From: Phoronis australis
Taxonomy: Eukaryota; Animalia; Phoronida
DNA length: 64,000 nucleotides
Direction of reading: 5' to 3'
Assembly (NCBI GenBank): GCA_002633005.1
Contig: NMRA01000896.1
Location: 1 to 64,000, forward strand
A model generated the notes under the pieces. It had not been told where the DNA came from. It searched no databases and saw only the letters and a list, made by a program, of their open reading frames with translations. Positions 36,901 through 49,400 of this stretch are shown here, piece by piece. A program made the translations under genes and the position numbers. Position 1 is the stretch's first letter. Each line of letters starts with the position of its first letter.

Positions 36901-39239
36901 TGTGATTTTACGTTTGAACTATGGTACTCGTTAAGACCTGGTTCCCTGTTACAGAATCAAACCGTATCCACGTTGCCAGGAGAGCGCACAGTCAACTTCC
37001 TTCCAGAATTAGGACTTCTCATTTCTTTTTGAGGTCATTTATTGTTCCACTGAACTGAAATTTGTGTATCCATCAATAAAATTGGCATTTATGTGCACGA
37101 TTTTTAAAATTGATTTTCCTGTTATATTCTGCTGGCAATGTTTTGAATAATTTCGGTATGAAATAAATAGGGACGAAAATTCTTTCTTTGTCCAAGGGTT
37201 TCTGACTAAGGATTATTAGTTATTATGGTCAAGCTAGAAAAAATAGAACAAAAGTAATTAATAATTATCTTGAAAAAATTACATGCATTAACAGCGACAT
37301 GGGTTGCACGTGTTTTGAGAGACTCTGTAAAAACAAAAACATACCGCGAAGATGGTCCGTGAAAACCGCCACACAATAGTTGGGAAACCGCAGAGACGCA
37401 GTTAATGTATAGGTAATATCAAAGCATAGTAGCTATGAAATAAGAACAAATAAAGCGTAACAATTGAGTACTGTGGAATTAATCGTAAGAAAGTTCAGGA
37501 TTACAAGGATGCCAGAGGTCCTTGGTGCTTGCTGTTCTTAATCGCATTGATAGTTGTTTTGTCTTTCAGAAAAGTTACAGGCTACATGTTGCTAAGATGC
37601 TAAACAGTCTCTCCAGTCGTACAACTGCTGGTGCGCTTACACTTCGAAGAATTTCACTGTACTTTAACTTCACAATAAACCAATGCAAAACTGAAGGAAT
37701 GAAGAATCTACGTGTGGTAGAATTTTGTTGGCAGCGTAGTAAATGTTCTTGTTCTTATTTACACCGATCGTGCATGTTGTTTACTTACGGCATTTGGCAC
37801 CTCTTCAAGAGTTGTACTCAAAGCTACGATAACCATCACGAGGCAACTCATGCGATATTCACTTCGTATTTTGCGTCTAACGTCGGGACGTTCGACACTG
37901 TCCGTCACCAACGAAACATTTGATATGGTAGAGAGTGGCTGCTGATTAGAGTCGATGCTATCGCGCTGTGAATCTNGTGAAAACCGCCACACTGTAGTTG
38001 GGAAAACGCAGAGACGCAGTTAATGTATAGGTAATATCAAAGCATAGTAGCTATGAAATAAGAACAAATAAAGCGTAACAATTGAGTACTGTGGAATTAA
38101 TCGTAAGAAAGTTCAGGATTACAAGGATGCCAGAGGTCCTTGGTGCTTGCTGTTCTTAATCGCATAGTTGTTTTGTCTTTCAGAAAAGTTACAGGCTACA
38201 TGTTGCTAAGATGCTAAACAGTCTCTCCAGTCGTACAACTGCTGGTGCGCTTACACTTCGAAGAATTTCACTATACTTTAACTTCACAATAAACCAATGC
38301 AAAACTGAAGGAATGAAGAATCTACGTTTGGTAGAATTTTGTTGGCAGCGTAGTAAATGTTCTTGTTCTTATTTACACCGTTCGTGCATGTTGTTTACTT
38401 ACGGCATTTGGCACCTCTTCAAGAGTTGTACTCAAAGCTACGATAACCATCACGAGGCAACTCATGCGATATTCACTTCGTATTTTGCTTCTAACGTCGG
38501 GACGTTCGACACTGTCCGTCACCAACGAAACATTTGATATGGTAGAGAGTGGCTGCTGATTAGAGTCGATGCTATCGCGCTGTGAATCTATGGTTTGTAA
38601 CTGAGTCTGTTCTGTTTTGGCACTTTGTTGTTTGAGAGTGAGAGACTGCCAACATTTCACTGCATCTATAACGCACACCAGGGCAATAGCTGTAACAAAG
38701 CACGAGAACACCAAGACAAAAAGGTTCCATTGAAAAAATTGCCCAATTTCCTGAAAGAAGCACGTCTCACCGTTCTGTCCAAAATAGTTATACTTTGTTC
38801 CTCGATCGACAGTCAACACTAGAGCCATCGGGACGGTGGCACAATGTCCAACTATCCAGATTATGACGGAGACGCCTGTGCCATGGGCTGTGTACTTTGC
38901 TGACGAAGACAAGTTGCGTTTGCGGAAGTGGAACATTCCTGTTATACTGAAGCTCAACAGATACATTCCATGAACGATCTGCATCGAGTGTTGCCACCAC
39001 ATCAGCACTTGGCACGTGGTCTTCGTAAGAGAAAACAACGCCAAATATACGCTGGCCTCCACAGAAACGATTACTGTCACTCGTAGCAGCAAAGCAAACA
39101 CGTATGAGGATAGCAGGACGTCGGTGATAGATCTCTCTTTAACAAAACACGACACTACTAGCAGACATATTGAAACAATAGCGGCAAAGGTGGAATATAT
39201 AAACCATAATACAGCCAAGAACAAATCCAGCGAACCCAT
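33931..39239 (-). CDS. Orphan class A-like 7TM receptor (GPR153/GPR162-like) with a very long acidic C-terminal tail, 796 aa
   Basis: Exon 39239-38403 covers TM1-TM6 (donor GCC|GTAAGT, phase 0). Exon 35758-35566 has acceptor TTCAG|GTT, covers TM7/helix 8 LWLLIAHAILLPFMVVVVSPRYRE and ends at a phase 1 donor CAG|GTAC. Exon 35291-33931 has acceptor TTCTAG. Total 2391 nt in frame. CFFQEIG and LWxxxAxAxLLP...RYR resemble GPR153/162 from recall. Confidence 0.8.
36089..36443 (+). mobile_element. Putative 5' end (UTR plus ORF1 start) of a LINE, cut by an assembly gap
   Basis: The sequence follows AGAGCCAT in one copy of a duplicated 150-bp flank (35939-36088) but not the other (from 36445). An ORF from 36206 (basic RKRT...KKPLKQ, then helical LKDELKEALMDSDIQSLF) is open up to the N at 36444. 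Confidence 0.5.
37359..38589. other. Tandem ~615-bp duplication across a single N at 37976, likely a haplotype-overlap artifact
   Basis: 37359-37975 is near-identical to 37977-38589 and duplicates the 3' end of GPCR exon 1. Confidence 0.85.
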
Positions 39240-40803
39240 AGTGTTAATTTCTCATCCTGGATCACGTTTATATTTTGTTATTCATAATAAGCAGGTGTTT
39301 TTAACACGTTATCCTTCTTGGGTTGTCAATCTACCACTAACGCGTGTACACTGTGAAAAGTGTTTCTTGAGCACTGTAAACATAAAATAATTATCTTTAA
39401 TTATACGATGAAATTTATTTTACAACAACGGTTATGAGAACAAAGGTACACGAGGACTCAAGTTAAGGTTAAATCTGCGTTCTGTCAAAGCAACGAACTT
39501 TTGATTGGGATAACCAATGAGCTATTGGGGATAACTTGTAGTTGTAAAATTGATCTCAACTGGTTCATTACTGAAAAGAGAAGTGTTTCCTGGTCTTGCA
39601 GTTCGTTAATCCTTGAGACCATTTCCGGCACATGAGCTGACGCGCCCTGACAAGTCAGCTCCAGTTGTAGAGCGTGATCTCAAGCAACAACGAACGATAA
39701 GTTCTTTCGAAACGCCTGAAATTACCTAAAACATCTCGAGACCAATTCCATATGTAGTATGAATTAACTTTTTGTGATGAAAGGCGTGTTTATGGCCGCT
39801 TTATGATTTTACGAATTTCATTACATGCTCTTCTAAGACCATAGCTTACAAATTTTAAAGGCAAGTGGTACAAATCAAGCTCAAAATCGTTATTGCCTTA
39901 CTCAGAAAAAAAACAACAGATGTCAATGGTGACCTGTGACACGATAACCTATGACAAATTCGTGTATGTGTTACCTTCCATCACTCATCTGGTTTCTTTC
40001 GATTAGATTTCTGTGCGTAAAACGAGCCTTTCTACCCAAGATGGTGAAACACATCCGCTGTAGTGACGGTGAAGAAAGACGCAGCTTACAGCTGTGTTAT
40101 GAACTGAGACGCGCTGTTGGATCCCACATTTAATTAATGCCACGATACTGAGGCAGTGAACGCATTCGGATAATCCGATAATTCACAAAGCTCATTGTGT
40201 ATTATGTTTCTGAAAGGGCGTGGTCTAATTAGGACCTATACAATACAACTGGGAACGACACCAGTGGCGGATATACAGGGGGTGAGGGGGGGGGAAGGTC
40301 GAAGGGCCCAGGCATCCCCGGACCTCTAACCAAACCTTGGGTTAATTACGCCTACCATTAGAACCAATTTCCTCTATTTCGAAATAGAATGGTAGGACAT
40401 GACATTTCATTTAGTTTTCTCTCGGACCAAGTCTCTTCAGTTAATATGGTTCCTGAAGGCCCCCTCCCACCGTGCAACCCCAAGAGATCAACTTCTAAAT
40501 TGTATTTTTGCAAAGAAAACTAGGTGAGGAAAATGAAAATTGAAGTCAACAAGCCGAAAAATGTCTCATGCATGTTTTATATTATCTCTCTTATGCAAAT
40601 TGGTACCGCCATTACCGAACTTTCAGTTATTTTGTAATATCTTACTGACTACTTCATGAATTGAACACTTATACCTGTGTTTTGAGAGTCAAGCATTACG
40701 ACAAAACCACGTTCAAATTAAGAACTAGCATCTGTTGCGTATTGAACTGTATAAGCTACGTTTACACTTTCCGTGCTTTTGTTTTTGCAATTGCCACACT
40801 AAC

Positions 40804-41115
40804 CAGGGGCGGATCCATGATTTTGAGTTGGGGGGGGGGCAGATCACAGGAATAATCAGAATTTTGGCAGATGCGCGCGCCCAGCTTAAAGTGTGGGGAT
40901 GCAAGGGTCTCGAATTTTTGGGTTCGGAGACCTGTTGACTAAAAAAAAACGGTAACGGGGTTGTTCAAGGTTTAAGCATTGTTTATTCACCCCCCGAGCC
41001 CCCTGGTTGCGTGCATGTGCTAGTCAGTAATGCGCACCCGAACTCCCAAATGGTATGTGATAGAATTTTAGGGCAGGGGGCATGGCCCCCTTGTCCCCCC
41101 CTAAATCCGCCACTG
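40804..41115. mobile_element. G-run-rich MITE (CAGGGGCGGAT...ATCCGCCACTG) with apparent 5-bp TSD
   Basis: Terminal inverted repeats with CTAAC on both flanks. A similar end (CAGTGGCGGAT) occurs at 40262. Confidence 0.65.
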
Positions 41116-41129
41116 CTAACGGCTACGAC

Positions 41130-41467
41130 AATTGACCTATGACAAGCTCCGCCCCCTTGTGAAAAGTCCTCGACAACGTGTTGTTTGACGGATAAAATGG
41201 CGGCTTTGAGTACGCTGACGAAGGTGTGTCAAGAATGTTGCATTCTGATTGGTCAGTTAAGCCGTCAGTCAAAATCCTGGCGCTATGTTGACCCTAGACT
41301 TCAGTGGGTTGACCTATCGCAAGCTCTCCCCTTGTAAAAAGTCACCGACAACGTGTTGTTTGTCGGGTAAAATGCCGGCTTTGAAACACTGACAAATGTG
41401 TGTCAACAATGTTGCATTCTGATTGGTCAGTTAAGCCGTCAGTCAAAATCCTGACGATAGGTCAATT
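41130..41467. mobile_element. Dispersed repeat with AATTGACCTAT/ATAGGTCAATT ends and an internal ~175-bp duplication
   Basis: Two tandem units (GACAACGTGTTGTTTG...CTGATTGGTCAGTTAAGCCGTCAGTCAAAATCCTG). An inverted copy of the same family lies at ~60161-60285. Confidence 0.7.
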
Positions 41468-44400
41468 CCAAATGAGCTAACAGAGTTTCCAATTAAAGCC
41501 ACACTATCGTGCGCCAATAGTCCTTAGTAGTAGCACGACCGTGTCACCAAAATCAGTCGGTGCGTGACTTATTCTGTTTCTCGAAAACAGTTAAAGGCGG
41601 GAAGTCAGAAAATATGTCTACAGCTCGACGTTAGAGGACAGGAATCGGCAGTCTACTTGACGCAAGAAAAATGTTTGGAGAAAAGCAAAAGTTTAGATGA
41701 ACCTGCTTTTGCTTTACTGTAGCTACATTTAAGGAAATTTTTCATAAAAGAACCTAGTTGTTCTAGGAACCAATTTTTTTCTTCGACATGTGTCGCAGTC
41801 ATCGGTGCTAAAATTGCAAGATATGAAGAGGCAGATCGAAATATCTGAATTCATGTTTCTATGAACGAAATACACGATGGCCGAGGCGCGTTGTTTTAGT
41901 TATCTTGCGACGGATTAACGCGTGCGAAACACAAAGAGATTCTCTGTATTTCCCACGCAGTAATCCACCCCAAGAGAACTAAAACAACGCCCGCCGTCAT
42001 GTAAGAGGAACAATCAAAAACTTTGATACACGGCCAACACAACAAAAGTGAAAATTTTATACGTGCATCTTAAAGTAGCACATTTTGGGATTTGGCGCCC
42101 CCAAACTACTATTTTGGCGGCGTTATAACACCTTTTCTTTTCAGCGCGGTCTAAGCCCAAGACCTCTCCCTTGCCACGCCGCCACTGTGCCCTAAGTAGA
42201 AGTCGTATCAAACAACCAGAATTCATTACGCTGTGCACATACAGACAAGTTAAAGATGCTTCGATATTTCAGCTTCATACAGAGTGAATTATAACGCGAA
42301 CTAGCTTTATTGAAACTTGTTTTCAAATAATGCCATTTCATCATGAAGTCATTTTTTCAAAATAAGCAGCATAATATATACATTTTCATAATTCTAGGCT
42401 GTTACTTTACTGCATAAGTCCTCAGCTATTGGATTATTTTTCCAAACCACGGGAAACACTGCGAGAAATGCTCTGATGCATGTTATGCATGCAAAAACAT
42501 TTTTAATATCTGCCTTTTCATGATCAGATTTAAAATCAATAATTTGATTACTTGGGCATAACCATTTTAATGTAAATACTTTTTATATCAACAAAGGACT
42601 TTTTTACTTTGGTACCCGCTGTAGGTGTATAATCTGTATCTTCTGACACAGCGCCACCTATATTGAAAAGTGGACCTGTGGAAACATGATGACCGACACA
42701 CGAAATTCCGTGTGTGAGCATCAATGCGCATGCCTTGGTCGGAAGTAAGCAAATCAAATCGCTACCACGTCCACACACCTGTATGCACTGTACTTATTTG
42801 GACTTGAGCCACGGGATCGGGGGGCCCTTGATTTTGTTTAGTTCCATCACTTCCAGTTTTAATAAAATGCAACCATTCAAGTCAAAAGTGGTCGCCATAC
42901 TTCATAACTGTGAGGGGTCTTCCAACTTTCAACCAATAGGAATTACTGAAAGGGATGACGTCGCTTTGATTACTTTAACCAATGAAAAGCCATGTCAAAC
43001 AATATGCGACAGTGCTACCTTTCGTAGCATTGTGAAAGAGTATAAAAAATCTGTATCTGCCACTGGTATCGGAAATAGGTTTCCCAGTTTGCAGCGCCCA
43101 AGCTACTGGTCACCATATGTAACAATTTGATCCACGTAAACTTCTTTTTTACAGAAAATTTGCAACTTAAATTGTATAACCGTTTAGGTAATGAATTAGA
43201 GAGGTTCTATTTAGTCATTCACATGGCTGATTTTGCATATTTCAGCCTGGCGTACCTATATAAAACATGGCAGAGGGCATTTCACTCACAACTCAACAGA
43301 GGTCGCGCCAGTACAGTTTCACAAAGGCGGGAGGATCTGTGTCGTCATAATCTTCATCAGTTAATTTTTTAATTCATACAAAAGAAAAAGTAAATTTCCA
43401 AGCAGAACTACTCATGAAATTCTCGCTTTCAGCTCAGACCAAATTAACTATAGAAGTACGGCGTGAGTTGGGATAACACCGGATCTTGTCAACAGGTGTC
43501 AAGTGAGGAGCTAATAAATATCTAAACAGATCGCCAATGTATAAAGAAATGTTTGTAACCTTGCCTCTGTAGTATCATTATTTTGTTTGGAACAGTGCTG
43601 TGGGCCTAAGGCCTTGAATATTTGAAATAAATAACAATTCGTTTTAGATAACCGTTGTACGTAAGTTTGTGTGTCCGTTCGCTGACTAGTCTGCAACCAC
43701 CGGACCTTTAGAACAATTTGGTGACTGCAGATGTCGGCGAGAGAGATACTCTTTCGTCAACGATTAAACTTCCTCCTTCTCGTAACCGACTTGTCGCCAG
43801 TTAGTTTAACTAACACACTTTTTGACAAAAGCTTCTAAAAACTTGAACTAACCTACTTTTTAAATATTATCACAATTTTGGGTCAGATTAAGACTTTGCT
43901 ATTTATTATAGTTTGTAAACTAAATGTCAACCATCGTGGATTTTTTTAACAGAGCAGCTGTTGTAATAAGCGACATATCCAATTTTTCTTACTAACCTAG
44001 GCAATTCTTCAAACGCATTTTGATGCCATAAATGTGAAAGTTGTTCTATAGGACTTCGTGGCAAATCTTGGTCGACCAATTTCAGACCATTCGATTTGCA
44101 ACGCTTTTGACGATTTTAAACATCGGCGTACAAAGTTTTCTTAAGGGATTGATAGATTTACAAAAATGCACCCTCATTTTGATAATCTATGAAGGAGAGG
44201 AGAAACGTGTCTTAGATTTTGTTCTACCACCAAGTATCATCTATCCGTAAATACTTCAAATTGTTTTTAAAAAAGATTTTGTTTGGTGGCACATCATTAC
44301 TGTACCACTGACGAAGAGAGTCTCAGTAATGTTATCGGGCATATGCGCACATCGTGCAGTTTACACTTACCGATGAGGTTATCGTCGAGATAACCTCAAA

Positions 44401-44574
44401 ACTTTATGAAAATACATGCTTTACAACCTCAGGATAGTGTTTGTCAAGAGTGTTTAACGTTTGGATCAAGTGCGTTTAACAATGGCACGAAAACATTTCA
44501 CCCGCAAAAGGTGTTTCCAGGAAAAGCAACCTCTTCAGCAACTTCCACTGCGTTTAATAACACGGTGTTACATA

Positions 44575-45775
44575 GAAACGAGAATCCCGGTGTAAAACAG
44601 ATATCCTGGATTCAGAAAGAGGCTCACAAACCTTAAAAAGCTAATTCAGCTGAAAAACATGAACCCCGACCTTTAAAATACGAACACGGACCTTTAAAAC
44701 AGGAAACCCCGGGGACCGTACAAGAAACCCGGAGAATTTTGCCAATTTTCGGAGCCTAAAACTTTGAGTTAAAGCATCTTCGTCTGTGAGCAAATTTCTA
44801 ACATAATTTTTATTCTCAACACATTGTTATCTCGGTGAATATTCAGTTAATTTCAGATTATCCAATTGTTTATCAAAAAATGGTCAAAAGTGAAAAACAA
44901 AAATATTGTTTCGACTTTCGCGTGCCATTGCTGATTAATTCCTTAAACATCTTTACAACTGAAAGCATTTAAAGGTTCGTCGATTTATTTGTCGAGGGTA
45001 TATTATTTCATCCACAATCAGTTTCCGGATTTTGAAATGGACCGCGAGAACTGTTCGCTCAAAAGACCAGCACCGTCACCAATTTCACCGTTATTGCCCT
45101 AAAAAAACTGTGCTTCAACTCCTCATCGATCATTAAAACGGAATTTGGAATCAAATTTCTGAACTCAACGCATTCACACTCTTTTTGGCGGATCACTGCT
45201 GTAAAATTTGTTCAGAAATTCTGTTCATTGGTATCAAAATACTAAAAACTTGTTACAAAATGAAACCAGTTCCGATAATTTGTTGTGACATGTACGTAAC
45301 CTCGTGGAAGAAGAACAGTTGATTGAAGAATTGGAGAAAGAGAAACTGGTCAATAGGTGTCGTAATATCTCATGGCGCCGAAAGCCGACGAAAAAGATGG
45401 CACCACAACTTAAGCAGCAGAATTACGGTAGATCGCCAATCGGTCACCAAGTTGTCTAAAATTCTCATACAGTAAAACAACATATCACAACAGCTATTTA
45501 AAAGAAGAAGACTATTTTTCATCAAAATGTGAAATTTATACATGTCGTATGAACGCAAGGCATTTAAAGATACTAAGGTACTATTTTCTTGAGAAAAGCA
45601 ATGTTTGACAGAAAGTGCGGGAGCGGTGTTTTAGACCCCAGATTCCTGTCTGATCGCCAGGATTCCTGTTTTAAAGGTCGATATTCATGTTTTTCGGGTT
45701 GGTTAACTATTTTGAAGGTGCGGGGGTCTGTTTTCGACTCCGGGATATCTGTTTTACACCGGGGTTGCAATTTCG
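44575..45775. mobile_element. Old DNA-transposon relic with long imperfect inverted repeats
   Basis: CCCGGTGTAAAACAGATATCC / GGATATCTGTTTTACACCGGG, GAAAAACATGAA / TTCATGTTTTTC and GACCTTTAAAACAGGAA / TTCCTGTTTTAAAGGTC. Confidence 0.6.
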
Positions 45776-46488
45776 ATGGAACATCTTGAAAAAGCGCACA
45801 TATTTTGTTTCATGTGGGAACAGTTTTGCTCTCGAATATACCTTCGTTCAATTCAAACCCAAACCAATCGCAAACAGGTAGTCAGAGTTTTGTAAAAAAG
45901 CCTTATTGTGCAAGGCAAGGTCCGGCTGTGTTGTGTGCCAGGCCCCACACTCTGCTGATCTATTAAGTCTAAGAAGTCTAAACGCATTTCGAGGTTGAGG
46001 TTGCGCCGCGCATGCGTGGAATTTGTATGCATTTGTTCGTTCCGGTATTGGTTTTTATTATGGAATTTACAATCACTAAAACTTTTCGCAACTCTGCCGT
46101 TCGTCTTTGAATTTGAAACAATTGAAGTTCGCAGGTTAGGTTCGGCAAAATTTATATTTCTTACATGGTTATGGGTCATTGGTAAATTCGTCGGCCTTTG
46201 GTATTTACTTGTGTTAGTCTACAGCAAACACCTAACCCTGAGAATCCTTATGAGGTTTGATAAGCAACACTAAACGATTATGTCCCAAGTATGAGTAACC
46301 TTCAAGTGTTGGACCAAAAGAATCACTTTCAAAGTATGCTATAAATTTTTGAAATACCCCGTATATATGCTACCACTACAACGAATGCACTGCGCATGAC
46401 TTACTCGAGGACTTGAGTTTCCAAGAAGTCCGCCATTTACAGTCTCGTCAATCTTAAATTATCAAGTGCTACTGAAAGCAAACTTATT

Positions 46489-49400
46489 ATGAAGACACTT
46501 GCCGTTTTGGTTTTGGTCATCTGCGTGGCAGCAAGCAGTGAGTACATCAAAACGAATTTGTATCGAATCTTGATTTTATCCTAGTTATTACTGAAAACGT
46601 TGGAAATGGTAATAAATTTACGCTTTAACATTGTTTAAGCGGAAGACTCTGTTGGTAAAGAGGGATTCGGAATCAGTTTTGTTTTTGTAAATGAAGCACT
46701 TATAGTGACATTGATGATTTCACGCGCAGTGTTAGGATGGAATATACTAAGCAGAGTGTTGCATTCACAGGACATTCATAGGCAAAATGCACCATGTAAC
46801 CCGGATCTGTGGCTTATTAAAACAACGTCAAAATATTTGTTCTTTTCAGAATAAACTGAGTGTAGTGTGAAATTATTTTTCCTGAACGTGTTAGCGGACA
46901 CTACGATTATGTTTGCATCTATGTGTATCTGACTGATTAGTGAGACATTGACGGAGTTAAGCTTTGGCAGTGAGCCTATGGGAAAAAAGTCTTTGGGCGT
47001 TACTAATTTGACTTGCTCTCTTAGTCACGATTTCTACCCTTTTCGTAGACCGCGTCGCCCCTTTCTCCGCGATTTCCGAGCTCGCCCCCCACACCTCTTT
47101 CAAGAGGCCTCTGTGACTACGAGGCGGGTCCCCAAGTTTGTGCGAGTCACTAAAAGTTTAGCTAAATATGCTTTAGCTTAAATGATAATCTGGCACAGCC
47201 TTCTTGATTTCGTTATGTCCACCCTTCTCGAGATTTGGCGGCAGACGCCGCAACTTACGCGAATGTCGCCGATACGGAATAACCACCAGACGGGAGTTTG
47301 GTTGATGAGTTAAAAATTATTAAAAGTGAACGGTCCCGTCTCTCATGCTTGGTCTATATTGGAAATCCGTACAAACCATAGATAATTATAAGTGTGGCTT
47401 CCATTGTGGGCCCATGGGTAGTTATTTAGAAAAATCTCGGTGTGCTATCGACCTAGAATCTGATGTCACTTTTATACAGCAGCATTTTATAGTTTAGTTA
47501 ACACCTCGCCACAGTGGAGCGCGTGATACAATTTGTGATTTAACACCACAACCGTCGAACTTTTTAACGAGCGTCACGTTGTTGAGCTATTGAACGTGAT
47601 TTCAGTTGGTATGTCGTCACAGAACAAATGAGACAATGCTAAGCGCCTGATAAAAATATAGCTTCATAGCCCTTGACCTTAAACATCACCAATGTCATTG
47701 AAATATTTCCACCACGGGCACTAAGTTAAACATCAAAACCATAGATGCACAAATATTTGTTCGTTTACCATAACTTCAATTCAACAGTTGTTTGCTATCA
47801 CAAAACAGCTGACAGAATCCTACCAATGATTTACTTTCTTTTTAAACTTGTATGGGAGGAGGGGGGCTATTGTTGCCACACGAGCAACAAAAGAGTTACG
47901 GTTTGTTTAGCGAAAAACCTGCGGTATATAACATCGGACTACAAAAGACGTTTGTTGACCTAGGTATCTAACCACGTTGGCGGCAGTCACATGCAGCAAT
48001 AGGTCATGTCTCCTGTTAAGGGTACATTATTCTTTTTTTACAGCAGAAAAATACGTTGATAGGACTTTCATTGGACGGCACAAACTTTTTAAAGTTGTTA
48101 GGTTTTACCAGGACGAGGAGTCTAATCTTATCACTCTCCATGGAAGTCGAAATTGTTAACTTTACCTTGAACTGTTCTACTGTTGTGAGAACTCAAGATG
48201 TCGATTCTTATGCACTTTTTCTAGCCAATCGTTTGCTTGGAACGTTCATAATCGGCACCACAGGATACAGGAAATCATATCAAATATCTCAAAAGCTATT
48301 GAAACATTGTTATACAGAATTTGTTAAATGCACGACACTTTTCATTGTTCAGAGTTTTTATTCCGTTACGTTCGTACTTTCGGAACAAAACTCTACTCTC
48401 AACTGAACATAGATACAGTAACTGACCAAGCGACATAATTAAAAGACACACAATATTTCGAAACATACTTGTTTCATTCTCAAGTGAAGATACAATGACG
48501 CAGTAATACCACCACAGAGTATAAGCTGACGACACACACAGTGAGACACGGCGGGTGTGAAATACTGCAAAGAATGACTAATGAAGGGGGTAACAGAAAA
48601 GTCACGCAAACAACTGTAACGTGCGGCGCGACCCTGTTTGCTGCTCATTCAAAACAGGCTTCTCAAAAGCAATTAAAAGGGACTCTAATACTTTCAAACG
48701 CAGCACATCTTGCTCCACGTAGCGAATTGACGTGTTTTCCACAATTTCTTGACGGGTGATTTTACGTGAGTGGCATTGCAGAAAATGATTTTGAATGGCG
48801 CCATTTTGAAGATGCATGGATAACCGACGGGAAAGACTGCAAACCGTTTGACCAATGTAACATTGTTTGACGTTTGAACGAAGACATTCGTTCATAGGGC
48901 ATACAAACTCATAAACAACACTACACTGTGCAACGGGGCGTACTTTCGCTTTAGAAATGTTATTTTTCATGACCAAGTTGGAGGACTTCCTATTCCGATA
49001 ATAAATAATAACATCGAGGTGATCATCAGGCTTACAAACTTTAACATTGTCCCTTATAATTTTCTTAATGGCGTGTTCGTCCTGGAGGTAATTATTAGAC
49101 ATGACATTTTTGTAAAATATCTTTTTGGTGACACCGATCCGACGTGCAGAGACTTCATAGCTAATTCTGGACACAAATCGCTTAATATGGAAATCCACAA
49201 AATCATTGGTATACCCATTATTCACCAGTGTTTGTTTTATGCGATCTACCTCTTGATTGAACAATAGCCAGTTGGACGACACCGAATACGCCACAACGGC
49301 TACCTTATACCGCTCAGGGCACTCACTTTTGGCGTGGAGACAGAAACCTTTATCAGTAGGCTTGTGGTAAACTGATGTAGAAAATTCACATGGAGAATGG

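Noticed and set aside
37759-37992. Second copy of the GPCR TM6 region suggesting a paralog or alternative exon
   Set aside because: It lies inside the N-joined haplotype duplication.
44368-44403. CCGATGA-GGTTATC-gtcga-GATAACC-TCAAAAC hammerhead-like hairpin
   Set aside because: Both core segments deviate non-compensatorily (CCGATGA; no GAAA), so it is treated as a plain hairpin.
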